Part shown: in pieces, positions 17,749 to 27,776 of the stretch
How positions within the stretch are numbered: the stretch's first letter is position 1
How the letters are laid out: every line of letters begins with the position of its first letter
Virus record (IMG/VR): IMGVR_UViG_3300015375_001377
Location: 12,511 to 76,510 of that record
Strand: one strand, 5' to 3'
Length of the DNA stretch: 64,000 nt
Source of the DNA: a virus
Taxonomy: Duplodnaviria > Caudoviricetes
The notes under the pieces: model-generated
The model's database searches: none
Told to the model about the DNA's origin: nothing
The model's input: the letters and a program-made list of their open reading frames with translations, nothing else
Translations under genes and position numbers: made by a program

Positions 17749-19899
17749 ATGGACGGTATTACTATAGACGACCTTCGCTCTGTATTCGGCAATAATATAG
17801 AGCAAATAAATGAAAGTACTAAAAATACTTCTAATTCTTTAAAAGAATTTAAAAAAGTATTTAAGGATATCTTAGGTTCATTAAATGAAAACAAGCAGCT
17901 TTTAACTGCAACCAGTAATAAAAAAACTGAAGTTGAGTTTAGTAGAGATGATAAAAAGTCTGTAAACAATATAATATCTACTTTAAAATCTAACACTGAT
18001 GCAGTAAAAGAACAAATAAAATTTGAAAAAGACAGTCAACAAAAAAACAAATCTTTACTTTCTAAGATATTAGGGCCTATAGCAATAGTGTTAACGACTG
18101 TTGCAGCTTTAGGCTTCGGCCTTACAAAATTCCCTGCACTTAGAGGAATGCTTACCAATGTAGGGGGAGGAAATCTTATGGGGAGCATTTTCAATCTTTC
18201 AAAAGTTTTAGGAAATAAAGAAACAACTTTAAAGCAGTGGTTAAAAAACATTCCTATTGTAGGTTTTTTTGTACATGTTTATGATGCCTTTTCATTTTTT
18301 GCTAAAGGCCAATATGAAAAAGGTATTAGAGAATTAGCATTTAATTTTCCAGGAATAGATTTTATTGCTCCAATATTCGGTACATCAAGAAGTAGATTAA
18401 ATGTACTAGCTGCTAACAAATCACAAAGACAGGGAGAAAATAAAAAAGGCCTCTTTGGAATAGATTTTGAAAGTGGAATTGATTCATTAATTGGTGGTAT
18501 TGATGAAAAATTAAATAATGTTTTTAATTTTTTTAGTAATGCTGGTGAATTAGTTAGAAATTTATTTAGCGCTGTTACAAAAGGCGATTACAAAAGTATA
18601 TCCAATTCTTTAACAAGTTTATCTAAATTATTTCCATCACTTACCGGTGCATCAGAATTTATAAAAGGATCAATTTTAAAACAATTTAATATTACTGCCA
18701 GTAAGACACCTAGTAAAACTTTTGAACAAATTAATTTTATAGACGTTGCCAAGGATTTGTATGAAAGAGTTTCAACTAGTGTAGGTGACCTTTTTAATAG
18801 TATCCTCACACCAATTCAAAATGTATTCAAATCCTTAGGATTGATTTTCTCTGGTAATTTAAGTAAGCAAAAAGCAGGCTTAGTCATTTTAAGTGAATAT
18901 TTTCCTTCCCTTACAGATGGGTTTAAAGCTATTCTTGCATTAACAGATAAGATGCAAGAGCTTAAAGCAAAGTCAAAAGATGGTAAAATAAGCTATTTAA
19001 GTTTAGCTAAAGAGCTCGCTTTTGGTAGTTTAGATATTGGAAGGTATGATGTAGATGAGGACCCTAAATTACTAGAACAAAGCGATGCTTATAGAAAAGA
19101 AATAGATGCTGCAAAAGAAAAAATGAGTAAAAGAAAAGGAATGGATTCTCAAAAGTATGAACTAGAAGAAAGATTAAAAAGACTAACAGAAGAAAAAGAA
19201 AAATTTGAAGAAGCAGCTAAACGTAAAAACAAGACTTTAATTGATACTAGAAAGCCAAACTTTGGAGTAGATGCAAGTAAAGTAGATACAAAAGACTCTA
19301 ATGAATACACTAAAGTTTTAAGAGGTATTGATGAATCCAGTTCTCAAATAAAAACATTAATTAAAAATATGACAGATTTTGCAAGTGTAGAGAGTTATGA
19401 AAAATTTATTTTAGTTTATGAAGAAGCTTTAAAAAAGCTAGACGTTATGAGAGCCGAGTATAAGATTAATAACCCTTCAGTTAAACGTGAAGCAGAAAAA
19501 GCAGGTATAGACACTCAAGAACTCATTCAAGAAGGCAACAGAGGGTTAGCAGTTCAAATAGGAACTGAGTTAAGCAAAGCTTTAGAAGGAAAAAAAGAAC
19601 CAACAACAGAAACACCTTACATTAATTACAAGTTATTGCAAGAAGTTACAGACACCTTTAAAATACAAAGCAAATCTGTTGAAAGACAGGATGAGCAAAT
19701 TAAACAGCTTAAAGAAATACAGAAAACGTTTACCTCTAAGCTTGATGAAGCTAGACTAGCAATAGAGAATGTTAATAAAACATTAGATAAAAATGCTATT
19801 AATGGTGGTACACAAGTGGTTAATACTGTAATAAGCCCTAAAAATCTTAAATATACAGTAGCTCCACAAACAGATTCATGGCGCTCTGCTAATGTATAA
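17749..19899 (+). CDS. tail tape-measure protein (gp29-like)
   Basis: About 716 aa, helical/coiled-coil with G-rich amphipathic stretches, between gp26/51 and gp48-like genes; ATG 17749 lies 6 nt after TATAAATA. Confidence 0.65.
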   Translation: MDGITIDDLRSVFGNNIEQINESTKNTSNSLKEFKKVFKDILGSLNENKQLLTATSNKKTEVEFSRDDKKSVNNIISTLKSNTDAVKEQIKFEKDSQQKNKSLLSKILGPIAIVLTTVAALGFGLTKFPALRGMLTNVGGGNLMGSIFNLSKVLGNKETTLKQWLKNIPIVGFFVHVYDAFSFFAKGQYEKGIRELAFNFPGIDFIAPIFGTSRSRLNVLAANKSQRQGENKKGLFGIDFESGIDSLIGGIDEKLNNVFNFFSNAGELVRNLFSAVTKGDYKSISNSLTSLSKLFPSLTGASEFIKGSILKQFNITASKTPSKTFEQINFIDVAKDLYERVSTSVGDLFNSILTPIQNVFKSLGLIFSGNLSKQKAGLVILSEYFPSLTDGFKAILALTDKMQELKAKSKDGKISYLSLAKELAFGSLDIGRYDVDEDPKLLEQSDAYRKEIDAAKEKMSKRKGMDSQKYELEERLKRLTEEKEKFEEAAKRKNKTLIDTRKPNFGVDASKVDTKDSNEYTKVLRGIDESSSQIKTLIKNMTDFASVESYEKFILVYEEALKKLDVMRAEYKINNPSVKREAEKAGIDTQELIQEGNRGLAVQIGTELSKALEGKKEPTTETPYINYKLLQEVTDTFKIQSKSVERQDEQIKQLKEIQKTFTSKLDEARLAIENVNKTLDKNAINGGTQVVNTVISPKNLKYTVAPQTDSWRSANV

Positions 19900-19902
19900 A
19901 TA
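19895..19902 (+). promoter_or_regulatory. late promoter TATAAATA
   Basis: Perfect consensus containing the upstream stop; 5 nt before ATG 19908. Confidence 0.7.
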
Positions 19903-19907
19903 CATAT

Positions 19908-21239
19908 ATGGCAAACATATGGGCATTTAAATACGTCTTAAAAAACGATGAAAAAGTAGCTAATAAATCAACTGCTACTCCTAAAAGTAATATTCCTATT
20001 TTAGTACCCGCAACTTCTAAGAATGATAATAGCTTAGTAAATAATACTAATTCTAAAATAACAACAATAGATGTTGTAAAAGACTTTTTCTGGACTAATT
20101 CACCGGTGAGCTCTAGAGAAGAAGTTCCTTATGTAATATTAACTGAAAAAAGACTTAAAACTAATGCATTAGTATCACAATTATTATATTCCTTTGGCGC
20201 TGCAACTGCTGGCTTAGGAGATGTAACAACTTATATAAAAGAAACTCTAGGACCAAATTCATTTACTAAATCTTTACAATGGGTTCAAAGCGAATCAGCA
20301 AATCTTTCACAGGAAGCTACACAAAATATTAGTAGAGACGGTGTTGTAGGTAAATTAGTAAACGATATTACTAGCTTAAAAGATGAAAACCAAGTTATGG
20401 ACAGTAAACTTTTAAAAGCTTACAAAAATTTATATCTTACACAAGATACAGGATGGAGATATATTTTACCTTACTTTAATAATTACAATAATGATGTAAG
20501 TAATACTTTTGGCGGAGACACTACAATGCCAACTCTTGGAATTTTAAGAGCAACTACAGAAGGAGTAGCCGCTTTCCAAGAAGCTGTAGCTGCATTAGCT
20601 AACCCAGCTACATTTTCTTTTGCAGAGAGAGCTAAATTTTACAGTTATCCTGAACAAGGTGATGAAATATCTGTTGAATTCCCTTTAATTAATACAGGTG
20701 CTGCAACTTATGAAGATGTAAAAGCAAATTGGCAGTTTTTATTTTTGTTACTTTATCAAAATAAACCAGGCAGAATAACAAAAAATGTAATTGAACCGCC
20801 TGTTCTCTATCAAATTGAAATACCAGGACAAAAATTTATGCCTTTTGGCTATATTTCTAGTATTACCGTAGATTTTAAGGGATCTAGAAGAACTTTAGAA
20901 ATAGACATACCGGTTCAAGAGCAGTATTTTTCTGAAAATCCTTTATTAAATAAAACCAATTTAATGAATTCAAATAGGGTTATAGATCCCAAGAATTTTA
21001 GTACAACAAAAAAAATCACTACTATAATACCAGATGCTTATATGGTTAAAATTAATCTTAAAGGACTAGTAGCAGATTCTAGGAATTTTATGGCAGCAGC
21101 TCTAGAAAGCAATAGTAATGGAGACTTTGCTACTAATATAATTGAGAGAGATAAATTATTTGAACAAAATAGTGTTTTAACTAGTGAATCGTTTAATTCT
21201 ATTGCTGATGAAAACATATCAATAAGACCAGGAGAATAA
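19908..21239 (+). CDS. baseplate tail-tube cap (gp48-like)
   Basis: ISVEFPLIN...NWQFLFLL...PPVLYQI...FMPFGYISSITVDF tube-cap pattern; position before gp53. Confidence 0.55.
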   Translation: MANIWAFKYVLKNDEKVANKSTATPKSNIPILVPATSKNDNSLVNNTNSKITTIDVVKDFFWTNSPVSSREEVPYVILTEKRLKTNALVSQLLYSFGAATAGLGDVTTYIKETLGPNSFTKSLQWVQSESANLSQEATQNISRDGVVGKLVNDITSLKDENQVMDSKLLKAYKNLYLTQDTGWRYILPYFNNYNNDVSNTFGGDTTMPTLGILRATTEGVAAFQEAVAALANPATFSFAERAKFYSYPEQGDEISVEFPLINTGAATYEDVKANWQFLFLLLYQNKPGRITKNVIEPPVLYQIEIPGQKFMPFGYISSITVDFKGSRRTLEIDIPVQEQYFSENPLLNKTNLMNSNRVIDPKNFSTTKKITTIIPDAYMVKINLKGLVADSRNFMAAALESNSNGDFATNIIERDKLFEQNSVLTSESFNSIADENISIRPGE

Positions 21240-21607
21240 TGAGCGATTTAGGTAAATATCAAAATAAAATTTCAGAGCTTCCTAATATTAATAATCTTAG
21301 ATATGAAAATATTTTTAAGCTTTATAAATTAGAAACCAATCAATACTACTATAATTTATTAAGAAATATAGTTGTCCCTGAAAATATAGATGAGGAAAAA
21401 TTAGTTTACTACCCGGTTACTAAAAAATTACCTTGGACTATGATATCTTATAATATATATGGTAATATTGAGCTCTGGTGGTTGGTTTGCTTGGTAAATA
21501 AAGTAGACAACCCGGTTCTCTCACCAGATATAGGTACAGTCATTAGAGCTATATCTCCAGATTACTTAAATACAGTTTTATCAGAAATTTTTAATAGCTT
21601 GCCATGA
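21239..21607 (+). CDS. gp53: baseplate wedge protein (gp53-like, LysM-like)
   Basis: ISYNIYGNIELWWLVCLVNKVDNP...GTVIR is the gp53 signature. Confidence 0.8.
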   Translation: MSDLGKYQNKISELPNINNLRYENIFKLYKLETNQYYYNLLRNIVVPENIDEEKLVYYPVTKKLPWTMISYNIYGNIELWWLVCLVNKVDNPVLSPDIGTVIRAISPDYLNTVLSEIFNSLP

Positions 21608-23217
21608 GCGACCCCATTCCAGCAACAACAGAATCACAGTTTAGTGATTTTGCAACATTAATTAATAATAATTTTATAGATTTTAAAGCAACTATAGTCA
21701 CCTATACTGGTAGAAGCTTTACCTTGTACAATAAAGCAATAAAAGAATTAGTTATTACAGATACTATTAAGGATTTCTTTGCTTCCGGTTATCTAGTATT
21801 AGATAACTCATACGGGGCTATAGAAAGACTTAATACAACTATAAATACGTATAATTCACCATCATACTACGATGGCGGTAATTTAAATAACTCTACTTCT
21901 AAATCTAAAAATGAAAGTTTTCTTTTCCAAGGAGACTCTGCAGATGTTTTATTAATAAAAATAATGCCCAAACTTTCTAATTCAAACTTTAATAACAATG
22001 CTAATGAGTCTGTAAATTCAAATTTTTTAATGGAATATAGTTTTTCAATTTATAAGATAGAAGATATATCTGGGGACAGTGTAGACGAAAAATATAAAAA
22101 ATTAAGTTTTTGGGATCAGTATTATGATGTAATGCGTCAAAAAAATTCTTATTTTTCTACTTCAGACTGTGTAGATCAGGAAAACATTTTAAACGCTTCT
22201 AATAATGAAAGAGGCACAACTACAGGAAACGCATTATCTAGTCTTATTAGTAAATCTTTAGAACCAATATTTAAAGAAAATTTAAAATTTGGAGATTTTG
22301 ATACTGGAGCGTCTAAAATATTTTTTACTACCCCAGCTAGTTATACAGATTCAGATAGCTTAAATTATATTTTAAATTATCATGTTTGTTCTAAAGAAAG
22401 TAACTACGACCACCCTTTATTAAGACTAGAAAGATACCCTAAACAATTTAAATTAACTAGTTTAAAAAAATTATTTGAAAATGCAGTGCTTAAAAATAAA
22501 AGCTCTAACTCACAAACCGGAACTACAGTTCAAGGCGGTACAGAGTTTCTTGAGACTTATAAAATAGTAGGATTTGCAGATACCCAACTAGATGGGCCTA
22601 ACCTTCAATTTGAGTTAAATTATGATAATAATTTATCACCTTTTCTTGGTAACCTCGGATCTGTAAAATCTTACACCTTTGAAGAGATGGATGGTAATAT
22701 TACACGTCAACTTCTTTCACCACGCATAGTTCACACTTACGATAGCGACGAAAAAACTTTTTGTATAGATAGTTTTGAAAACTCTATGGAAGAAGTCAAC
22801 AAAGCATTTGAGCAAAACTATGTTAAACCATTTGGTAATAATGCAACCATGTCTTTTAAATCAGGAAAATTAAGAGATGAATTTTTTAATATTCAAAATA
22901 CTCTATTTTTAACTCATTATTCTGATCCAGTTACAAAGTTAGCACAAGGAAGAACACAGCTAATGTTTGATATATTAAAATTTTCTAATATGGTAAAATT
23001 TAAAGTAAAAGGCTCTACACACAGACAAGCAGGAAAATTTATTCTTATTACTAGAGACGATTCAGTAACACTTTCAGATTTTGATTCAAAAATATTAGGA
23101 GTCTATTTCATAGTACAAGCTAGCCATATTTTTAGTGGTGCAGAATATGAAAATGAAATAATTGCAGTTAAACCTTATTATTTAAATAATTTATTTGGAG
23201 AAAACAAAACACTATGA
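21604..23217 (+). CDS. baseplate central hub (gp27-like)
   Basis: 537 aa; N-terminal LVITDTI..FFASGYLVL and C-terminal VKGSTHRQAGKFI...GVYFIVQASHIF typical of gp27/VgrG-like hubs. Confidence 0.7.
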   Translation: MSDPIPATTESQFSDFATLINNNFIDFKATIVTYTGRSFTLYNKAIKELVITDTIKDFFASGYLVLDNSYGAIERLNTTINTYNSPSYYDGGNLNNSTSKSKNESFLFQGDSADVLLIKIMPKLSNSNFNNNANESVNSNFLMEYSFSIYKIEDISGDSVDEKYKKLSFWDQYYDVMRQKNSYFSTSDCVDQENILNASNNERGTTTGNALSSLISKSLEPIFKENLKFGDFDTGASKIFFTTPASYTDSDSLNYILNYHVCSKESNYDHPLLRLERYPKQFKLTSLKKLFENAVLKNKSSNSQTGTTVQGGTEFLETYKIVGFADTQLDGPNLQFELNYDNNLSPFLGNLGSVKSYTFEEMDGNITRQLLSPRIVHTYDSDEKTFCIDSFENSMEEVNKAFEQNYVKPFGNNATMSFKSGKLRDEFFNIQNTLFLTHYSDPVTKLAQGRTQLMFDILKFSNMVKFKVKGSTHRQAGKFILITRDDSVTLSDFDSKILGVYFIVQASHIFSGAEYENEIIAVKPYYLNNLFGENKTL

Positions 23218-24710
23218 GTACTACCATTAAAACACTTAACCCAGAGTATTGTTTTGTAAATTTTACATCTAATTATCAACTTTTAAAAAGCTATTCTAGT
23301 TACATTGAGCTCATAGGTGAATTTGAGGATCAGTTAAAAATAAGTTTAGACTATTTTAATGCTATTACTTCTAATGATCCTGTAAAAAACCTTGTTTATT
23401 TTTATAAAAATTTAAATAATGTTGAATTTCTGCTCCTGGATAATGAGTTTATTGATTTTTGGGTTAAAAAATTTAATTCGTCAATAAGGGAAATAAAAGA
23501 AAGAGTTAAAAAAGATATTTCTCCCGATAGTTTTTTTAATGATATAAGTGATTGTGTTGGGGTTTTAATGAACTCTAATTACATTTTAGACGATTCTACT
23601 ATACCATTTATAGACCCATTCTACACATCTAGTTACAAAGAGCCACCAAACGTGATTCCTGTAAATTTAAAGAATAAACTAAGCGGTAGAACTATTAATT
23701 TATTAAAAGATTCTAGTAAAAAAACTTCAACTTTAATGAGACTAAATTTAAAATCATTATTTTATATTACAGAAAATTCACCCCCTTTTGCAGACTCTCT
23801 TACCCCACATCAAAGAAACTTAGTTGCTGATTCAAATTTTTATCCAAATATAAATAACAATCTTGCTACATTTATAACACCCTTACTTACCAGGTATAAT
23901 TCCTTGTATAATTATATTAGCTTCTATTCAAATATAGGAAACAAAGAAGGATATAACTCACAAAATAAAGATGTCAATAAACAAATTGTAAAAAACCTAT
24001 TTTTTAGTATTGATGTAGAAGGTACAAAAGTCAATATAGATTTATTAATGAAAAAAGTGAAAAATGTATTAAAAGATGCTACTATAAAATTTATTTTGGC
24101 TAATACCAAGACCCAGGTTAATGATGCTTCCAATAATGTCACTAGTAGTATTAATAAATCATCAGGTGAGGAAACCAAAAAAACAGTTACACCAGCTGAT
24201 TCAACTAATGAATATAAGCAAGATCAAGCAAACAATAAAAAAGAAGTAAAAAAACCTGAAGAAGAAAAGAAAAATGCCCCTCAAATAGTAGATGCAAATA
24301 CATTACAAAATAATCCAGATGTATTAGTTCAGCAGTCACTATCTACAGCTGTAGCTCCTAATATTTCCCCTTCTATAGATCCTGGATTTTTTGGACAAAT
24401 TGCTTCTGCAGGAACTTCTTTTTCACCTTCAACTGATCCAATGACCATTTTTACACAAGCTCAACAGGCTAAGGAAATAGCATGTAATATTACTGAACCT
24501 ACATTTACAGAGCCTAATTTTGATTTCTTGTTCAATCAGACTATTGAAAATATAGAAGAGTACTTAGACAACATACAAGGAAGCGCTTCTTTTGACCCAG
24601 GTGAATTAGCTAAAAAATTATCTGATGAGTTTGAAAAACAAATTAAAGAGAAGTTTAAAGGGCTTTACGACTCTTTGTTTACTTGCGAGTCAGATGAAGA
24701 AATAGTTTGA
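23214..24710 (+). CDS. hypothetical protein (baseplate cluster, position of gp5 but no gp5 motifs seen)
   Basis: 498 aa, ATGA-coupled to the hub gene. Confidence 0.7.
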   Translation: MSTTIKTLNPEYCFVNFTSNYQLLKSYSSYIELIGEFEDQLKISLDYFNAITSNDPVKNLVYFYKNLNNVEFLLLDNEFIDFWVKKFNSSIREIKERVKKDISPDSFFNDISDCVGVLMNSNYILDDSTIPFIDPFYTSSYKEPPNVIPVNLKNKLSGRTINLLKDSSKKTSTLMRLNLKSLFYITENSPPFADSLTPHQRNLVADSNFYPNINNNLATFITPLLTRYNSLYNYISFYSNIGNKEGYNSQNKDVNKQIVKNLFFSIDVEGTKVNIDLLMKKVKNVLKDATIKFILANTKTQVNDASNNVTSSINKSSGEETKKTVTPADSTNEYKQDQANNKKEVKKPEEEKKNAPQIVDANTLQNNPDVLVQQSLSTAVAPNISPSIDPGFFGQIASAGTSFSPSTDPMTIFTQAQQAKEIACNITEPTFTEPNFDFLFNQTIENIEEYLDNIQGSASFDPGELAKKLSDEFEKQIKEKFKGLYDSLFTCESDEEIV

Positions 24711-25174
24711 TCCTCAGTTTTTATTTCTATCAAATCTGTATTTGCTGCTTTTGCATTATCTAAAAGCATTTTAAGCATTTGTTCTCTTGTAGCAAGGAAC
24801 TTAGAGGTGCTATCTTCTAGTTTTATCTTACTTTTAAAATCAACATCCATTTGCTTAATGTCTTTAATAGTTTGATTTTTTTTATCTGTAACTATAATTT
24901 TGTTGAGAGTCTCTATAGCTGTAGCTGTAGCTGCTATTAATTCAGATAAAGAGGAAACATCCTTTGATTCAGGACTACTAAAAACATAGTCTTTTACATT
25001 ATTAACCATACTAACACTTTGCTCAACTAATTCTCCAGCTTTTTCTATTACAAACTTTTCTAAATTTTCCTTCTTTAAAGGATCTTTTTCCTTTTCTATA
25101 GTAGTTGCCTTTTTATTTGCCTCTTGTAACTGATTTAATAAATCTCCAACCATCTCATTTAGCTCATCACTCAT
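24665..25174 (-). CDS. gp16: terminase small subunit (gp16-like)
   Basis: Helix pair LEKFVIEKAGELVEQS...PESKDVSSLSELIAATATAIETL and C-terminal FLATREQMLKML align with cyanophage gp16 (DYEYSR..LY.LIEKG...HPRAYEV.GQLIK.VAD...FVGST.ELQKLL); late promoter. Confidence 0.6.
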   Translation of the reverse strand: MSDELNEMVGDLLNQLQEANKKATTIEKEKDPLKKENLEKFVIEKAGELVEQSVSMVNNVKDYVFSSPESKDVSSLSELIAATATAIETLNKIIVTDKKNQTIKDIKQMDVDFKSKIKLEDSTSKFLATREQMLKMLLDNAKAANTDLIEIKTEDQTISSSDSQVNKES

Positions 25175-25193
25175 TAATAATATTTAACCGATA

Positions 25194-25220
25194 TTGATTT
25201 TTATAAAGATATATTATAAT
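25194..25220 (+). promoter_or_regulatory. sigma70-like early promoter for dut-gp44 (TTGATT-15-TATAAT)
   Basis: Consensus -10 box 5 nt before ATG 25226. Confidence 0.55.
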
Positions 25221-25225
25221 AACGT

Positions 25226-25696
25226 ATGAGCTTTAATAAAACCAATGATTTAGACCCTAATTTTAGATATTTACCTATTTTAAAGTTTGAAAAGACTAAC
25301 AATTTAGCAAAACTACCTACAAAAAACCACGAATCTGATACTGGATATGATGTTTATTCTATAGAAGATAAAACTATACCAGCAAAAGGAAGCTCCGTTG
25401 TAGGTGTAGGGCTTAAATTTGCATATATACCTGAAGGTTATTGGGTTAAAGTTGAATCCAGAAGCGGCTTAGGGTTTAAGCATAGTATACTGGCACATCC
25501 GGGTATAATAGATTGTGGATATAGAGGGGATGCAGGTGTTAAACTCTATAATCTTTCTGATTCTAATTATGAAATTAAATGTGGGGACCGTATAGCACAG
25601 TTTGTTGTTTATTTAAACATACCGTTAGCTATTGAATTCGGTAAAGTAGAAGGTTCCGATAGAGGAGATAAGGGATTCGGTTCCTCAGGAAAATGA
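25226..25696 (+). CDS. dut: trimeric dUTPase
   Basis: All five motifs: SDTGYDV, SRSGLG, GIIDCGYRG, GDRIAQF, RGDKGFGSSG. Confidence 0.95.
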   Translation: MSFNKTNDLDPNFRYLPILKFEKTNNLAKLPTKNHESDTGYDVYSIEDKTIPAKGSSVVGVGLKFAYIPEGYWVKVESRSGLGFKHSILAHPGIIDCGYRGDAGVKLYNLSDSNYEIKCGDRIAQFVVYLNIPLAIEFGKVEGSDRGDKGFGSSGK

Positions 25697-26643
25697 GCCT
25701 TTCTGATTTTAACAGTCTTTGGGTTGAAAAATATAGACCCAAAACTATTTCTGAATTTGTTATTAGTAATAATAACTTAGAGATCATTACATCATTTAAT
25801 AAGCAGAAAAAAATTCCTAATTTATTGTTTATTGGAACGCCTGGCTTAGGTAAAACATCATTAGCTAAAATTATTGTAAAGGATATTTTAAGCTGCCAGT
25901 ATCTCTACATTAATGCATCAGACGAAAGCGGTATTGATATTATACGTACAAAAGTTTCTACATTTGCACAAACTAAAAGTATTGATGGTGGTTTAAAAAC
26001 AGTGGTTCTAGATGAGGCTGACGGTATCTCTATAGACGGTCAACGCGCTCTACGAAATACTATGGAAGAGTTTTCTAATATTACTAGGTTTATACTAACC
26101 GCCAACTATAGCTATAGAATTATACCAGCCCTTCATAGTAGATGTCAGACTTTAGATTTGACCCCCCCTGTAGACCAGGTAATCAAAAGATGCGTACATA
26201 TCTTAAAAGAAGAGAAAATAGAAATACCTGCTGAACAAAAAAATAATCTATTATCTTTAGTAAAAAAACACTATCCTGATGTAAGAAAAATTATAAATGA
26301 CCTTCAAAAATTTTCTGTAACAGGTAAATTAAAAATTATTGATAATGTTAATGATACTTTTTTATCTCTTGTCTATAAAGAAGTTAAAAACAAGAATATA
26401 ACTGCTATAAGAAAAGTATTAATTGAAAACGAAGCTGTTTTTAACTCAGATTATGTATCTTTATTAAGTGGGTTATTTGAATACGTTGAAAGTAATGCAG
26501 AAAATAATGAAATTAAGAAAAAAGAACTATTAATTATATCAGAGCACTTGTATAGATCGGCTTTTGTTGTAGATCAGGAGATTAATTGTTTTAGTTGCCT
26601 AATATTACTCTCTGACCCTGCTTTATTTTCAGTTCTTAGGTAA
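25693..26643 (+). CDS. gp44: clamp loader AAA+ subunit (gp44/RFC-like)
   Basis: WVEKYRPK, GTPGLGKT, INASDE, VVLDEAD, QRALR..ME, FILTANY, SRC, PDVRK.IN.LQ. Confidence 0.93.
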   Translation: MSLSDFNSLWVEKYRPKTISEFVISNNNLEIITSFNKQKKIPNLLFIGTPGLGKTSLAKIIVKDILSCQYLYINASDESGIDIIRTKVSTFAQTKSIDGGLKTVVLDEADGISIDGQRALRNTMEEFSNITRFILTANYSYRIIPALHSRCQTLDLTPPVDQVIKRCVHILKEEKIEIPAEQKNNLLSLVKKHYPDVRKIINDLQKFSVTGKLKIIDNVNDTFLSLVYKEVKNKNITAIRKVLIENEAVFNSDYVSLLSGLFEYVESNAENNEIKKKELLIISEHLYRSAFVVDQEINCFSCLILLSDPALFSVLR

Positions 26644-27234
26644 ATAACTTGCTGTATATGTAGCTGGGTCTTTTTGGGCCGCTACAGGCTCTGAAGGAAT
26701 CTGAATATTCTTATCTGTTAATTCTCTATCACCAGGAGAAAGCTTTTTATTACCTAAATCAGACATTCTTGTTTGCTGAGTAGTTGAAAAAGGAACCTTA
26801 TCGTTCTTTATTTCAACTTCTTTAGGAGATATCTGCACTTTATTATCATATTTAAATTTATCAGGAACTGGAGGTAAGTTGGGATAATAGTCTTGATGAA
26901 TTAATAAACTGGCTGGAACAGTTACTGATCTTTGATAATCAAATCTACCAGGGGCCAATTCAGGCACTATCTCTACAGTAAACTCAACACCATTGTAATC
27001 AGGGTTACCTGCACCCATCACTGCAGGTCTGTATGATTTAACATTCTTTACTCTTAAATTCAAACCACAATCAATAAGATCTTTTACAGCACCCTTTATT
27101 GAATCAGGCTGAGACTTAAAGAAATCATTACGTAATGCATTATCAGTAAATTTAACCACATCATTAGCAAGAAAACCGCCCCTTGTATACCTTGTTAATG
27201 CCGCTTCATATAGTTTAACAAATCTCTTTTCCAT
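26629..27234 (-). CDS. hypothetical late protein (possible internal head protein)
   Basis: 201 aa; TAAATA at 5 nt; N-terminal F.KLYE. Confidence 0.7.
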   Translation of the reverse strand: MEKRFVKLYEAALTRYTRGGFLANDVVKFTDNALRNDFFKSQPDSIKGAVKDLIDCGLNLRVKNVKSYRPAVMGAGNPDYNGVEFTVEIVPELAPGRFDYQRSVTVPASLLIHQDYYPNLPPVPDKFKYDNKVQISPKEVEIKNDKVPFSTTQQTRMSDLGNKKLSPGDRELTDKNIQIPSEPVAAQKDPATYTASYLPKN

Positions 27235-27281
27235 AATAATATTTATTTTATTTAATTTAAGTTTCTGTATTAAATTTGCAA

Positions 27282-27289
27282 TATAAATA
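27282..27289 (+). promoter_or_regulatory. late promoter TATAAATA (gp25)
   Basis: 5 nt before GTG 27295. Confidence 0.7.
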
Positions 27290-27294
27290 ATAAT

Positions 27295-27774
27295 GTGCCC
27301 TCTATTAAGCTTAATTCAATAAAGAAGCCAGATGCAAATCAAGCGGGATTTACATATTCCGACATGCATTTAGATCTTAAATTCGATTATACTAGAAACA
27401 ACGAGCTAAAGAAGATAAAAGAAATTAAGGATAGTGTTAATGATTACGACTATGGTTGTATAAGGAACAGTATTTTTAACCTTTTTACAACAATACCCGG
27501 TCAAAAATTGCTTAATCCGTTTTTTGGGTTAAATCTAATGCAATATGTTTTTGAACCAGTGAGTAAATCTAATGCATCATTAATAGGTAATACTATTTCT
27601 AAAGGAATAAAACTATTTGAACCAAGAGTTACACTTACTGGGTTAGACATTATAGTTGATGTAGACAAACAAGAATATGAAATAAGTATGATATTGAATG
27701 TTGTCTATATCCCTAACTCATCATTTAAATTAGTAGGAACACTAAGTAATTCTGGATTTTTCTTTAACAAATAA
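27295..27774 (+). CDS. gp25: baseplate wedge subunit gp25-like
   Basis: YSDMHLDL, IRNSIFNLFTTIPGQKLLNPFFG, FEP, FEPRVTL. Confidence 0.9.
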   Translation: MPSIKLNSIKKPDANQAGFTYSDMHLDLKFDYTRNNELKKIKEIKDSVNDYDYGCIRNSIFNLFTTIPGQKLLNPFFGLNLMQYVFEPVSKSNASLIGNTISKGIKLFEPRVTLTGLDIIVDVDKQEYEISMILNVVYIPNSSFKLVGTLSNSGFFFNK

Positions 27775-27776
27775 TT

